From positions 88 through 64,087 of the forward strand of contig JBFHKM010000001.1 in NCBI GenBank assembly GCA_041595335.1: a stretch of 64,000 nt of DNA, given 5' to 3'. Every line of letters begins with the position of its first letter. Positions within the stretch are counted from its first letter, which is position 1. Positions 47,682 through 56,527 of this stretch are shown here, in pieces. A program made the position numbers and the translations under genes. The notes under the pieces were generated by a model. That model ran no database searches. It had not been told where the DNA came from and worked only from the letters and a program-made list of their open reading frames with translations. Source of the stretch: Sphaerochaetaceae bacterium (GTDB lineage: Bacteria > Spirochaetota > Spirochaetia > Sphaerochaetales > Sphaerochaetaceae).

Positions 47682-48245
47682 ATGAAAAAAACATTGATTA
47701 CCAGTTTGTTAACATTCTGTATAACAAGCGCAGTTATAGCTAGCACAGGATTTCATTCATACGCTACAACAGATGACGGACAGAGGATTCAACTCAACGA
47801 AGATGGCACTTACAGCTATTTAACAGATCAATCACAAGACAAGCCATACATTGGTACTTATTATATAAGCGATGAAACTATTAATTTTTACATTGTTTCA
47901 TATCTTGAAAGCAGAAATATTGATAAAGATGGCAGCAGTTGGGACTTCTCATACAATATAATGCAAAATTTATTTAAAAATGACTCCACTCAAGTTAGAA
48001 AAGTTATTGGGGATTTCACCTATTCAATCACCAATGATAAATTGATCATCAGAGATGAAATAGAAAAGCAAACTGTATCCTGGGATTATGAGATAAAAGA
48101 CAACATTCTTTATGCCAAAGTATATGGTGGAGATAAAATGGCAATCGGTAAATTTAAATCCGATGGTAAATACCTGGAGGTTGCCAATGCAGAAATGGGC
48201 AACAATCATAAGGTTTTGCTTCAAAAAAGCAGTCTGAAATATTAA
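47682..48245 (+). CDS. Hypothetical secreted protein
   Basis: 187 aa. N-terminal signal peptide 'MKKTLITSLLTFCITSAVIAS'. AAGGAG SD. Confidence 0.6.
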   Translation: MKKTLITSLLTFCITSAVIASTGFHSYATTDDGQRIQLNEDGTYSYLTDQSQDKPYIGTYYISDETINFYIVSYLESRNIDKDGSSWDFSYNIMQNLFKNDSTQVRKVIGDFTYSITNDKLIIRDEIEKQTVSWDYEIKDNILYAKVYGGDKMAIGKFKSDGKYLEVANAEMGNNHKVLLQKSSLKY

Positions 48246-48303
48246 ACTGCAATTACTACTAAAAATTTATTTAGTAAAAAATGAAATATTTTTCAATTTG
48301 CAC

Positions 48304-48332
48304 TTGCAAGGAATTCAAAAATATTGTATAAA
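48304..48332 (+). promoter_or_regulatory. Putative promoter of tRNA-Arg copy 1
   Basis: TTGCAA-N17-TATAAA. The CACTTGCA and GTATAAAAA blocks are shared with copy 2. Confidence 0.55.
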
Positions 48333-48374
48333 AATCAACGTGATTAGCACATAACTTATTTGCTAGTTTCTAAT

Positions 48375-48448
48375 GCGCTAGTAGCTCAGCTGGATAGAGC
48401 AACTGCCTTCTAAGCAGTAGGTCATAGGTTCGACTCCTATCTGGCGTA
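48375..48448 (+). tRNA. tRNA-Arg (anticodon UCU), copy 1
   Basis: Acceptor GCGCTAG/CTGGCGT, D-arm GCTC/GAGC, anticodon stem ACTGC/GCAGT, loop CTTCTAA, T-loop GGTTCGACT. 74 nt, no CCA. Confidence 0.88.
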
Positions 48449-48454
48449 TTACGA

Positions 48455-48486
48455 AAAACTCTTCATTAATTTGAAGAGTTTTTTTT
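48455..48486 (+). terminator. Rho-independent terminator after tRNA-Arg copy 1
   Basis: AAAACTCTTCA-N6-TGAAGAGTTTT followed by a T run. Confidence 0.8.
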
Positions 48487-48972
48487 ATGCAGTTTCAAAA
48501 TTTAAAGATCTGGCCTTTGGCCCCTTGTTTTTTTCAGATCCAATTTTTACAAACAAAAAAATTCTCATAACAATTGAGTAATGTTCTACATAGCACCATC
48601 ACCATTTTAGCAAGCCCAATATCTTCTTGGCAAAGTCCTATTGGTTTTACAGAATACCACAATCTACTTTTATATATGATTGCATAAAATTAAAAAAACA
48701 ATCTCATTACTTTTGGACAACATGCAGATGTTCAAGGCTTCTCTATAAAACAATAGATATATTCAAAAATTTAGATAAAAAAAGCTGTTTTATTTAAGAA
48801 TTCTCTCTAAAAAAATTAAGCCGAAAAAAGTGAAAGTGTTATTATTGAAAATCATCCAACTTTTTTTCAGTTTTACACTTTTCCATTTTCACTCAAATTT
48901 GAAGTAAAAATCGAAAATTCTGCAAATAAACGCTAAAATTTGCATTTTTTTCATCTTTTTTCCAAAACCCAC

Positions 48973-49001
48973 TTGCATATAATCGTAGAAAGTCGTATAA
49001 A
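48973..49001 (+). promoter_or_regulatory. Putative promoter of tRNA-Arg copy 2
   Basis: TTGCAT-N17-TATAAA. Confidence 0.55.
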
Positions 49002-49035
49002 AACAATCGCAGTGAGCAAGACGCTTTCTGACAAT

Positions 49036-49109
49036 GCGCTAGTAGCTCAGCTGGATAGAGCAACTGCCTTCTAAGCAGTAGGTCATAGGTTCGACTCCTA
49101 TCTGGCGTA
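49036..49109 (+). tRNA. tRNA-Arg (anticodon UCU), copy 2
   Basis: Identical 74-nt sequence to copy 1. Confidence 0.88.
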
Positions 49110-49114
49110 TTACT

Positions 49115-49146
49115 AAAACTCTTCATTAATTTGAAGAGTTTTTTTT
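49115..49146 (+). terminator. Rho-independent terminator after tRNA-Arg copy 2
   Basis: Same hairpin and T run as after copy 1. Confidence 0.8.
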
Positions 49147-49530
49147 ATGTCCTAGATATTTTTTATTTTTTGATAATCGATGAAGTAAGTAAATTGAGTT
49201 CATGGGGAAAACTCGTGTGAAAGGTTGAGAGATATATTTATATAAGTGGATTTTCAATTGAAGGCAAAGAAATGAAAGCATTCTCTGTTATTGTATAAAA
49301 AATCAAATTTTTTATAACCAGAAAGTAAGGCCCAGGAGTCCATATACTGACACATTCCTGCCCTCACCTCAAAAGCCTGCGCTGAAGTTCCTTTAAATCA
49401 TGCATAAACAAGCCATCAGTCCATTTTGAACAACAAGTAACAAAGTTTGCCGTATGTGTAAAAGAACCATAAGCAAGCACTGTTTTGAGCATCTACATCC
49501 ATCTTAAATCTTCATCAAAATAAAAGAACA

Positions 49531-49557
49531 AAAAAATACCATCCACTTGGGATGGTA
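49531..49557 (-). terminator. Rho-independent terminator of the 89-aa membrane protein gene
   Basis: Minus strand TACCATCC-N5-GGATGGTA followed by T6. Confidence 0.7.
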
Positions 49558-49562
49558 CATAT

Positions 49563-49832
49563 CTATATAGCTATATTTTTTTTATTGAAATCAATTTTTT
49601 TAAATGTGTAGAACATCAACACTACTGAACCCAAAAGAAGGAAAACAGACAATATCAACTCTATCATTGTCATTGATTGATTTAATATAGAAACACTACT
49701 TATAATATTTTCAGAAACTTCAATCACTTTATCGTTATACACAATCGATTTTATCGAAGCAATTGTTGCAATTAGACTTACTAAAAACAAACCAAAAGAA
49801 AAAACAAACCATGTTTTAGATTTTTTTTTCAA
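49563..49832 (-). CDS. Small membrane protein (two hydrophobic spans)
   Basis: 89 aa. 'WFVFSFGLFLVSLIATIASI' and 'IELILSVFLLLGSVVLMFYTF'. Has its own terminator. Confidence 0.5.
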   Translation of the reverse strand: MKKKSKTWFVFSFGLFLVSLIATIASIKSIVYNDKVIEVSENIISSVSILNQSMTMIELILSVFLLLGSVVLMFYTFKKIDFNKKNIAI

Positions 49833-49918
49833 TACTGTACCTCTCTTTAATTGATGATTGTATTATAACAGAGCCTAACTCAGAAAGATAGAAAAATCTT
49901 ATGTAGATTTGTGTAGTT

Positions 49919-50386
49919 CTAAGAAGATATATCTTTAGAAGCAAAAATAGCCACTATCTGCTTCTCTCCAAGGCTTCCAACTTTTTCAAGTCCGTTTATT
50001 TTCATACCAAGGGCAGTAAGCGCAGATGCGATATCGATTAGAGTATAGCAAAAGACCTCTTCTTCTTCCTTCCCTCTCCATGATTCCATTTTTTTGGCTA
50101 CAGTTAGCATGGGACGTGTTTCCTCAATAAAATCAAAAACAAGAACACCATCATCGGATAAATTTCTTTTTGCTTCCATCAAAAATCTTGTGAGAGATTT
50201 TACATCAAGTGTGGGAGTCACCATTTCCAATACAATCAATTCATAAGGACTGCCTGCTTCCTCGATTGCTACTTCATTTCGTAAAAACGAACAATCTTTT
50301 TCAATTCTGGTTGAAACTCCATAAGAATTCATACCTTCTAACTCTTTTCTATCTAAAAAGTTTTCAATTATACCCTTTAAACTCAT
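49919..50386 (-). CDS. Hypothetical protein with class I methyltransferase-like core but degenerate SAM motif
   Basis: 155 aa. 'YELIVLEMV...FLMEAKRNLSDDGVLVFDF' resembles MTase motifs II-III. The position of motif I reads 'LEGMNSYGVS'. Confidence 0.45.
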   Translation of the reverse strand: MSLKGIIENFLDRKELEGMNSYGVSTRIEKDCSFLRNEVAIEEAGSPYELIVLEMVTPTLDVKSLTRFLMEAKRNLSDDGVLVFDFIEETRPMLTVAKKMESWRGKEEEEVFCYTLIDIASALTALGMKINGLEKVGSLGEKQIVAIFASKDISS

Positions 50387-50480
50387 GTTACGTCCTTTGC
50401 TATTATTTATTTATTTATAAAATGATATAAAAACACTCCACAATCAAGTAAAATATTTTTAAAATTCATTTTTATTTATG

Positions 50481-51188
50481 TTAATGTCTTTTTTTTAAGG
50501 AATTCATACTGATGCTCAATAGTTTTTTGGATAGAGCAGCAATTTCATCATCATCCATGAAATTGATTTTTTCATCACAGTTGATTCCAGCACACCAATT
50601 TATACTGTAAGCAATTGATGCCAATTTAATTTTTTTCTCTTTAAGTAATGGCACCTCTGGTACAGCTGTCATTCCAACAAAATCTCCACCAAGAATTGAA
50701 TACATTTTTATTTCAGCTTTTGTTTCAAATCTTGGTCCCTCTGTTGCAACATAGACTCCACCTGTTTTCATATCGATATTTTGTTCTTTTGAACATTCAA
50801 GAACCCTTGATCTCAATTCTTTATCAAAAAGATCACTCATGCTTGTATGAATTACGTTTCCTCTATGAGAAAAGGTTTTATTGGCTCTTGTGGTAAAATC
50901 AATGAAATCATCCATCAAAGTACAGCTTCCAACTTCAAATTCAGGAGATATTGATCCAACACAGTATATACTGATGCATTCATCAACTCCAAGAAGCTGC
51001 AATGCTTCAATATTGGCTCTATAATTTACTCTGTGAGGTGGCACATCATGTGATACACCATGGCGCAGTATGAACACAATGCCATCTTCCTCTTGATAAT
51101 CAACAGATCCAAATTTAGTTTGAATTCTTTTTACCTCACTGTTTCTCAATACTTCATCTATTCCTGTTCCGCCTATTATTGCTTTCAT
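50481..51188 (-). CDS. mtnP: S-methyl-5'-thioadenosine phosphorylase / purine nucleoside phosphorylase family
   Basis: 235 aa. 'IIGGTGI', 'FILRHG', 'ATEGPRFETKAEI', 'VGMTAVPE'. Confidence 0.8.
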   Translation of the reverse strand: MKAIIGGTGIDEVLRNSEVKRIQTKFGSVDYQEEDGIVFILRHGVSHDVPPHRVNYRANIEALQLLGVDECISIYCVGSISPEFEVGSCTLMDDFIDFTTRANKTFSHRGNVIHTSMSDLFDKELRSRVLECSKEQNIDMKTGGVYVATEGPRFETKAEIKMYSILGGDFVGMTAVPEVPLLKEKKIKLASIAYSINWCAGINCDEKINFMDDDEIAALSKKLLSISMNSLKKRH

Positions 51189-52213
51189 TAAAAATTATCT
51201 CCTATTTGTTCTGGGAAAAAGATTCCCTTGTTTGTTACTATGTTTGTAATAAGATTGGCATCAATAACATCAAAAGATGGATATAGTGCAGAAATTCCTT
51301 CCTCACTGATTGGATGATTAAAAACATTCAAGAGTTCTTTTCCATCTCTGAGTTCCATATCAATCATGCTCTTATCATTTTTTGTAACATCAGGAGACAT
51401 TGAGAAAGCTGTGCATGGTATACCATAGTAATTAGCAGCAATGGCATTTGGAAGAGAGCCAATTTTATTTACAACAGTTCCATCCATGCAAACAAGATCA
51501 GAAGCTATCATATAATGATTTACCTCACCCTGACGCATAAAATAAGAGCCCATGCTGTCACATATGATTTCAACTGGAATTCCCATCTCTTTCAGGCTAG
51601 GTGCCGTCAGACGTGATCCTTGAAAGTATGGACGAGTCTCATTTGATAGAACTTTTATTTTTTTACCTTCTCTCATTGCATAATAAAGGGACAGTATCAA
51701 AGTATGTTCTGCAAAACATGTGGTTAGAATAGTATCTCCATCATTTATCAATGAAGCTCCCCAAAGACCCATATTGTTGTAGATATTATCCAATTCATCT
51801 TCTTTTTCTGCTACTGCGTCTTTCACTGACTGCAAGAATTGTTCTGAATTCAAAGAATTCATTTCAGCTTCAAGTTTTTTTAGAAGAGATTTTATTGTCC
51901 TCTTCATTGTAGTATTTGTGGGACGACTGTTGATTATTGTCTGCATGTTATTTGAATAGGTCTCAAAGTCATATTCAATTATTCCTTTTTCCATTAGATT
52001 GGCAACATAGATGAGTGAGGTCAGTGCAACCTGCAGAGGGCCACCGCCTTGAGTTACCATGCTTTTTATTGCCTGTGCTATTTCATTGGAATTCTTACAT
52101 AATACAAAATCTTTTTTGAAAGGAAATTCTTTCCTATTTCCAATGTAAAAATTGGAACCTTCAAAATAACAAATATTTTTACTTCTTAATAAATAGGGTA
52201 ATTTTAAATCCAT
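51188..52213 (-). CDS. mtnA: S-methyl-5-thioribose-1-phosphate isomerase (eIF-2B alpha/beta/delta family)
   Basis: 'SNETRPYFQGSRLTAPSLKEMGIP', 'DGTVVNKIGSLPNAIAANYYGIP'. ATG at 52213 preferred (ORF opens at 52258). Stop overlaps the mtnP start. Confidence 0.75.
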   Translation of the reverse strand: MDLKLPYLLRSKNICYFEGSNFYIGNRKEFPFKKDFVLCKNSNEIAQAIKSMVTQGGGPLQVALTSLIYVANLMEKGIIEYDFETYSNNMQTIINSRPTNTTMKRTIKSLLKKLEAEMNSLNSEQFLQSVKDAVAEKEDELDNIYNNMGLWGASLINDGDTILTTCFAEHTLILSLYYAMREGKKIKVLSNETRPYFQGSRLTAPSLKEMGIPVEIICDSMGSYFMRQGEVNHYMIASDLVCMDGTVVNKIGSLPNAIAANYYGIPCTAFSMSPDVTKNDKSMIDMELRDGKELLNVFNHPISEEGISALYPSFDVIDANLITNIVTNKGIFFPEQIGDNF

Positions 52214-52530
52214 TATATATCCTTTTAGAAAATTTAATTTATCATAGGTATTATACAATTTGTATGCAAAACATCAACTTAAGTAATAAGAGTTGCATTA
52301 ACTTTGTCTAAAAAAGATTCAAATCTGTATTTTATTGGTAAAAAGAATTATATATACTTAAAAGTTACAAATACACAAAAAACACATTATTTGATTATTT
52401 ATTTACTCATCAAAGAAATATTATTAAATATAACTGCATTTATCAAAAGTTATATTTGACTAATCTGTAAACATAACTTACATTTAGATAAACCTAAGTG
52501 CAATACACTATAAATAAAAGGAAAAAAACA

Positions 52531-53841
52531 ATGAGTTTTAATAAACTTTCTAAGGTAACAGTAGTTTTAACTGCTTCCATTTTAATGTCCACTTCTCTTT
52601 TTGCTGCCGGTATTAAAGAAGTATCACCTTCATCTACAGTAGCAATGATTGAAAACGTTCAAGCTAATGATGGTTCATATAGCTTCCAGGTTCTATCAGA
52701 TACTGATGAATTTACTTTCACAGTTGCAGCAGATGAAGCATCATCTATCTATAATCTCGATTCTTATGAAATTGGTGATTATATTGAAATCAATGGTCTT
52801 GAAAACAACACAGCAGATTCTATTAACTACATCACTCCATTAGTAATGAGTGGTGCAATTAACTTCACTCCTGCTACTCCAGTAATTGATGTACCTGAAA
52901 TTGATTATGGTTTCAACAATGATCTTGATTTAAGTGTTAACTATTCATATGGTTATTTAATTGAAAGCAATCTTGTATCTCAAAATACATTTGTAGATGC
53001 TTCTTATTTTGCAAGAGGTGTTTTAGATGCAATGGATGATTCAGCAGATGCTACTCAGTTATATACAATGGACGAAATGACAAGTTTCTACCAATCTTAT
53101 TCTGCAGCTGTTCAGGAAGACAGCTCTATTCTACCTACAGAATTCGGTGAATTGACATCATTAGATGATGTTAAAGCATTAGCAACAACTGATGATATGA
53201 ATCAACAGTTTGCTTATACTTATGGCTATATGTTTGCTGCTAATTTTGCAACAAGCGGATTCCCTATCAACGCTGAATACTTAGCTCAAGGTTTCTTAGA
53301 TGGAGCTTATGATAGTGATCTACAGATCAGTGAATACCAAATGCAGAATGCAATCAGAGATTTTGAAGCTCAATTTGAAGCTCAAAAAACTGCTGAAGCT
53401 GAAAAATTACAGACTGAAAATTTAGCTAAAGCTGAAACATTCTTAAAAACAAACGCTACAGCTGATGGTGTTGTTGTTGTGAATGACAAACTTCAGTACA
53501 AAGTACTAACCGATGCTGATGGTGCAACTCCTACAGTAGATGACACAGTTACTTTGAATTATGAATTATCAACATTAGATGGTAAGGTTTTAGATAGCTC
53601 TTATCAAAGACAATCTCCATCACAGATTCCACTAACACAAGTTATTGAAGGATTCAAAGATGTTGTTTCTCAGATGAAAGTTGGTCAGACAGTTATTGCT
53701 TGGATCCATCCTGACTTAGGTTATGGTGTTGATGGCAATACTTCAGTTGAACCAAACACTCTTCTTATGTTTAAGATTGGTTTGATTTCAATTGATACTG
53801 AAGAATTAGCTGCACAAGCTGCTGAGACTTCTGCTAACTAA
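52531..53841 (+). CDS. Secreted FKBP-type peptidyl-prolyl isomerase with duplicated Mip/FkpA-like N-terminal module
   Basis: Signal peptide. C-terminal FKBP domain 'VTLNYELSTLDGKVLDSS...VIEGFKDVVSQMKVGQ...HPDLGYG'. ATG at 52531 with AAGGA SD. Confidence 0.85.
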   Translation: MSFNKLSKVTVVLTASILMSTSLFAAGIKEVSPSSTVAMIENVQANDGSYSFQVLSDTDEFTFTVAADEASSIYNLDSYEIGDYIEINGLENNTADSINYITPLVMSGAINFTPATPVIDVPEIDYGFNNDLDLSVNYSYGYLIESNLVSQNTFVDASYFARGVLDAMDDSADATQLYTMDEMTSFYQSYSAAVQEDSSILPTEFGELTSLDDVKALATTDDMNQQFAYTYGYMFAANFATSGFPINAEYLAQGFLDGAYDSDLQISEYQMQNAIRDFEAQFEAQKTAEAEKLQTENLAKAETFLKTNATADGVVVVNDKLQYKVLTDADGATPTVDDTVTLNYELSTLDGKVLDSSYQRQSPSQIPLTQVIEGFKDVVSQMKVGQTVIAWIHPDLGYGVDGNTSVEPNTLLMFKIGLISIDTEELAAQAAETSAN

Positions 53842-53867
53842 TATACAGTAACTTAACTGATACTAAA

Positions 53868-53900
53868 AAACTGCTTTGATCAATTTCAGAGCAGTTTTTT
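53868..53900 (+). terminator. Rho-independent terminator of the FKBP gene
   Basis: AAACTGCTTTGA-N6-TCAGAGCAGTTT followed by a T run. Confidence 0.75.
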
Positions 53901-54032
53901 ATTTCATTTCTTTTCAATGCAATCTTTTTTAAAAGTTTGATTGCATATAATTTCATCCAGCACTATTTAGTTGCATATTTATATCTCTACATAATTTCAG
54001 TAGGTGCCATTTTTTAAACAAGAAATTGACCC

Positions 54033-54070
54033 AAAAAAAGAATCAATCATGTATTCCTCAATTGATTCTT
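54033..54070 (-). terminator. Rho-independent terminator of the cytidylate-kinase-like gene
   Basis: AAGAATCAAT-N13-ATTGATTCTT, with T7 following on the minus strand. Confidence 0.65.
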
Positions 54071-54095
54071 TTCATTGTTAAACAATTAGTTTTTT

Positions 54096-54740
54096 TTAAA
54101 TGCCATGTCGCATTTCATCGAATTTTTTTATAAGTTCTGCAGTATCTTCAATTCCAAGAATTGATGAATCTATAGATAGATCATAATTATCAGCATCACC
54201 CCACTTATTATCAGTGAAGTAGTTATAGTAATGAGCTCTAGCTCTATCATTTTTAATGCATTCTTGAGTGGCTTTTTTCTGTGGTACATTGTAAAGACTT
54301 ACTGCTCTTTCACATCGTACGTCCATAGGAGCATGAATAAAAACAGATAACAATCTATTCTTTTCTTCTCTTAAAACATAATCAGCACATCGTCCAACGA
54401 TAACACATGATCCTCTTTCTGCTATTTTTCTAATTGCATCACATTGAATCAAGAAAATTCTATCATTGATTGGCAAGTCTGGTAAACCTAAATTTGAGGT
54501 TGCCATTGGAAAAGCACCAAAAGGATTTGTACCAATCATAAGTGATTGGAAAATTGAACTTGCTGCTTTCTCATCAGCCTTCTCAACAATAGCTTCATTC
54601 AAGCCACTGTCTTTAGCACTCAGAGATATAAGTTCTTTATCATAAAATGGGATTCCTAGCTTTTTAGCAAGCTCACTGCCCACTCTTCTACCGGCACTAC
54701 CGAATTGCCTACCTATCGTAAAAATTGTATCATTAGCCAT
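54096..54740 (-). CDS. Cytidylate kinase-like family P-loop protein
   Basis: 214 aa. 'TIGRQFGSAGRRVGSELAKKLGIPFYDKELI' is typical of the cytidylate-kinase-2 family. Confidence 0.75.
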   Translation of the reverse strand: MANDTIFTIGRQFGSAGRRVGSELAKKLGIPFYDKELISLSAKDSGLNEAIVEKADEKAASSIFQSLMIGTNPFGAFPMATSNLGLPDLPINDRIFLIQCDAIRKIAERGSCVIVGRCADYVLREEKNRLLSVFIHAPMDVRCERAVSLYNVPQKKATQECIKNDRARAHYYNYFTDNKWGDADNYDLSIDSSILGIEDTAELIKKFDEMRHGI

Positions 54741-55013
54741 ATAAACTCTCCTTAAACATGATTATATTATATCACAGTGTATTTTATATTGCAATTTTTT
54801 ACTTTTTTCTTTCTGAAAACATATTTTTATTCCCAAATACCACCATATCTGTAACCTCTCTATCTATTCAATTAAGCATTTTATTGTTACTTACACAAAT
54901 TAATATTCTTTTAAAAACATATTTCATTCTTTAAAATTCATTTTATTTCATTTTTTAGCGCATAAATAAAGAAAAAGCTTGACTAAGAATAAAGAGCAAA
55001 GTACTCTTTATTT

Positions 55014-55847
55014 ATGAATAAAAACACACTTGCTATACACGATATTTGTAGTTACTCTAAAAGTTCCTTGACTGTTGTGATTCCAATTATGGAAGCACTT
55101 GGTGTTGAAGTATGCCCTCTTCCATCCGCTATTCTTTCAACTCAGACCGATGGATTTGAAGATTTTTACATGAAAGATTTATCAGATAGTATGAAATCTA
55201 TATTTGATAAATTCAAAAGGGAAAATCTGCAATTTGATTGTATTTATACAGGATTTCTATCGAACGAGGATCAGGTTCAGATTGTATCAGAAATAATTGG
55301 CTATTATAAAGAAAATAAAAACTCTTTGATTGTTGTTGATCCAGTTTTAGGTGACAACAAACAGATGTATTCTACTTTTGACAGCAATTATTTGAATGCT
55401 ATGAAGAAGCTTGTTACTTCAGCTGATATCATCACTCCAAACAGTACAGAAGCATGCCTGCTCTTAGATAAGAGTCCAAAGGATAAGTATTCACTCAAAG
55501 AGATCAATGACATGCTAGATGGTCTTTCTGAGCTAGGTCCACGAGTCTCTGTGATAACTAGCTTATCAATAGAAGGTGATGATAAGTATTATACTGCTTA
55601 CTGTGAGAACAATAGAAAAAATTTATGTGCCAATGAAAATCTCAACTTGAATTATCCAGGTTGCGGAGATCTGTTTACATCAGCACTGATAGCAAAAATT
55701 CTAAATAAAGAGTCCATAGATAACGCAATCAAATATGCTGATACTCTATGCCATCAAACACTCATCACAACAAAATTGAATAAGAGTGCTGTTAGAAATG
55801 GAATATCAACAGTCGATGCAATCAAGTATATAAACTTCTCTTCTTAA
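55014..55847 (+). CDS. pdxK: Pyridoxal/pyridoxamine kinase
   Basis: 277 aa. Ribokinase-fold 'DPVLGDN', C-terminal 'GCGDLFTSAL' anion-hole motif. Confidence 0.8.
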   Translation: MNKNTLAIHDICSYSKSSLTVVIPIMEALGVEVCPLPSAILSTQTDGFEDFYMKDLSDSMKSIFDKFKRENLQFDCIYTGFLSNEDQVQIVSEIIGYYKENKNSLIVVDPVLGDNKQMYSTFDSNYLNAMKKLVTSADIITPNSTEACLLLDKSPKDKYSLKEINDMLDGLSELGPRVSVITSLSIEGDDKYYTAYCENNRKNLCANENLNLNYPGCGDLFTSALIAKILNKESIDNAIKYADTLCHQTLITTKLNKSAVRNGISTVDAIKYINFSS

Positions 55848-56527
55848 TTCAAGATCTTTATACCAAGGCATTCTGCAAGAGAGGCTGCTTGAAAGGTATC
55901 AACAATCATACCCACAATTTCAACATGTGTATCAGAAAATCTTATGTTGTCGATTGTTGATTTCCTGAAGTCTATCTTACTGAGTTTTGTTTTAAAAAAC
56001 TCTGCCTTGGTAAAATCAACTCCTTCTAAAACTAGATTCTTTAGCTTGCACTCATCAAAAAAAGACTCTACAAATGCTGATCTGTCAATTGATACATCCT
56101 GCAGAGTTGTTTCCATGAAATTTGCATAAAGGAAATTTGATTCTTCAATAATCACATTGTTTAATTTGGCATCATTGAAGACACAACCACTGAGCTTACT
56201 CTCTTCAATTTTTATCTTATCAAAATATCCAGAATCAAATGAACTTCCTGAGAAATCACATGATAAGAAGCTACAGTTGTTGAAGAAAGCATTTGCAAAA
56301 TTACAATTTTGAAAATTGCACTTCATAAAGATGACTTCATTGAAGTTGAAATGAGAGAAAATTCCATTGCTGCACTCATTTTCTTTCAGTAGAATGCCTT
56401 CAATACATTTGTCATCAAATTCTTTTGCATCTATGTATGAAATCAAATTTTCTACTTTTGTTAAATTATCAAAATTCAATTCTTCACAACCGCTGATCTT
56501 GTTTTTATTATTTTTAATCTTACTCAT
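55844..56527 (-). CDS. Pentapeptide-repeat protein
   Basis: 227 aa. Long run of A(D/N)LxX-type pentapeptides ('CNFQNCNFANAFFNNCSFLSCDFSGSSF...'). Confidence 0.85.
   Translation of the reverse strand: MSKIKNNKNKISGCEELNFDNLTKVENLISYIDAKEFDDKCIEGILLKENECSNGIFSHFNFNEVIFMKCNFQNCNFANAFFNNCSFLSCDFSGSSFDSGYFDKIKIEESKLSGCVFNDAKLNNVIIEESNFLYANFMETTLQDVSIDRSAFVESFFDECKLKNLVLEGVDFTKAEFFKTKLSKIDFRKSTIDNIRFSDTHVEIVGMIVDTFQAASLAECLGIKILN

Noticed and set aside
48375-49109. tRNA-Arg duplication as attL/attR of an integrated genomic island.
   Set aside because: Both copies are complete and have their own promoter and terminator. Integrative elements normally duplicate only a 3' tRNA fragment. The 590 bp between the copies has no integrase, excisionase or any ORF of 60 codons or more.
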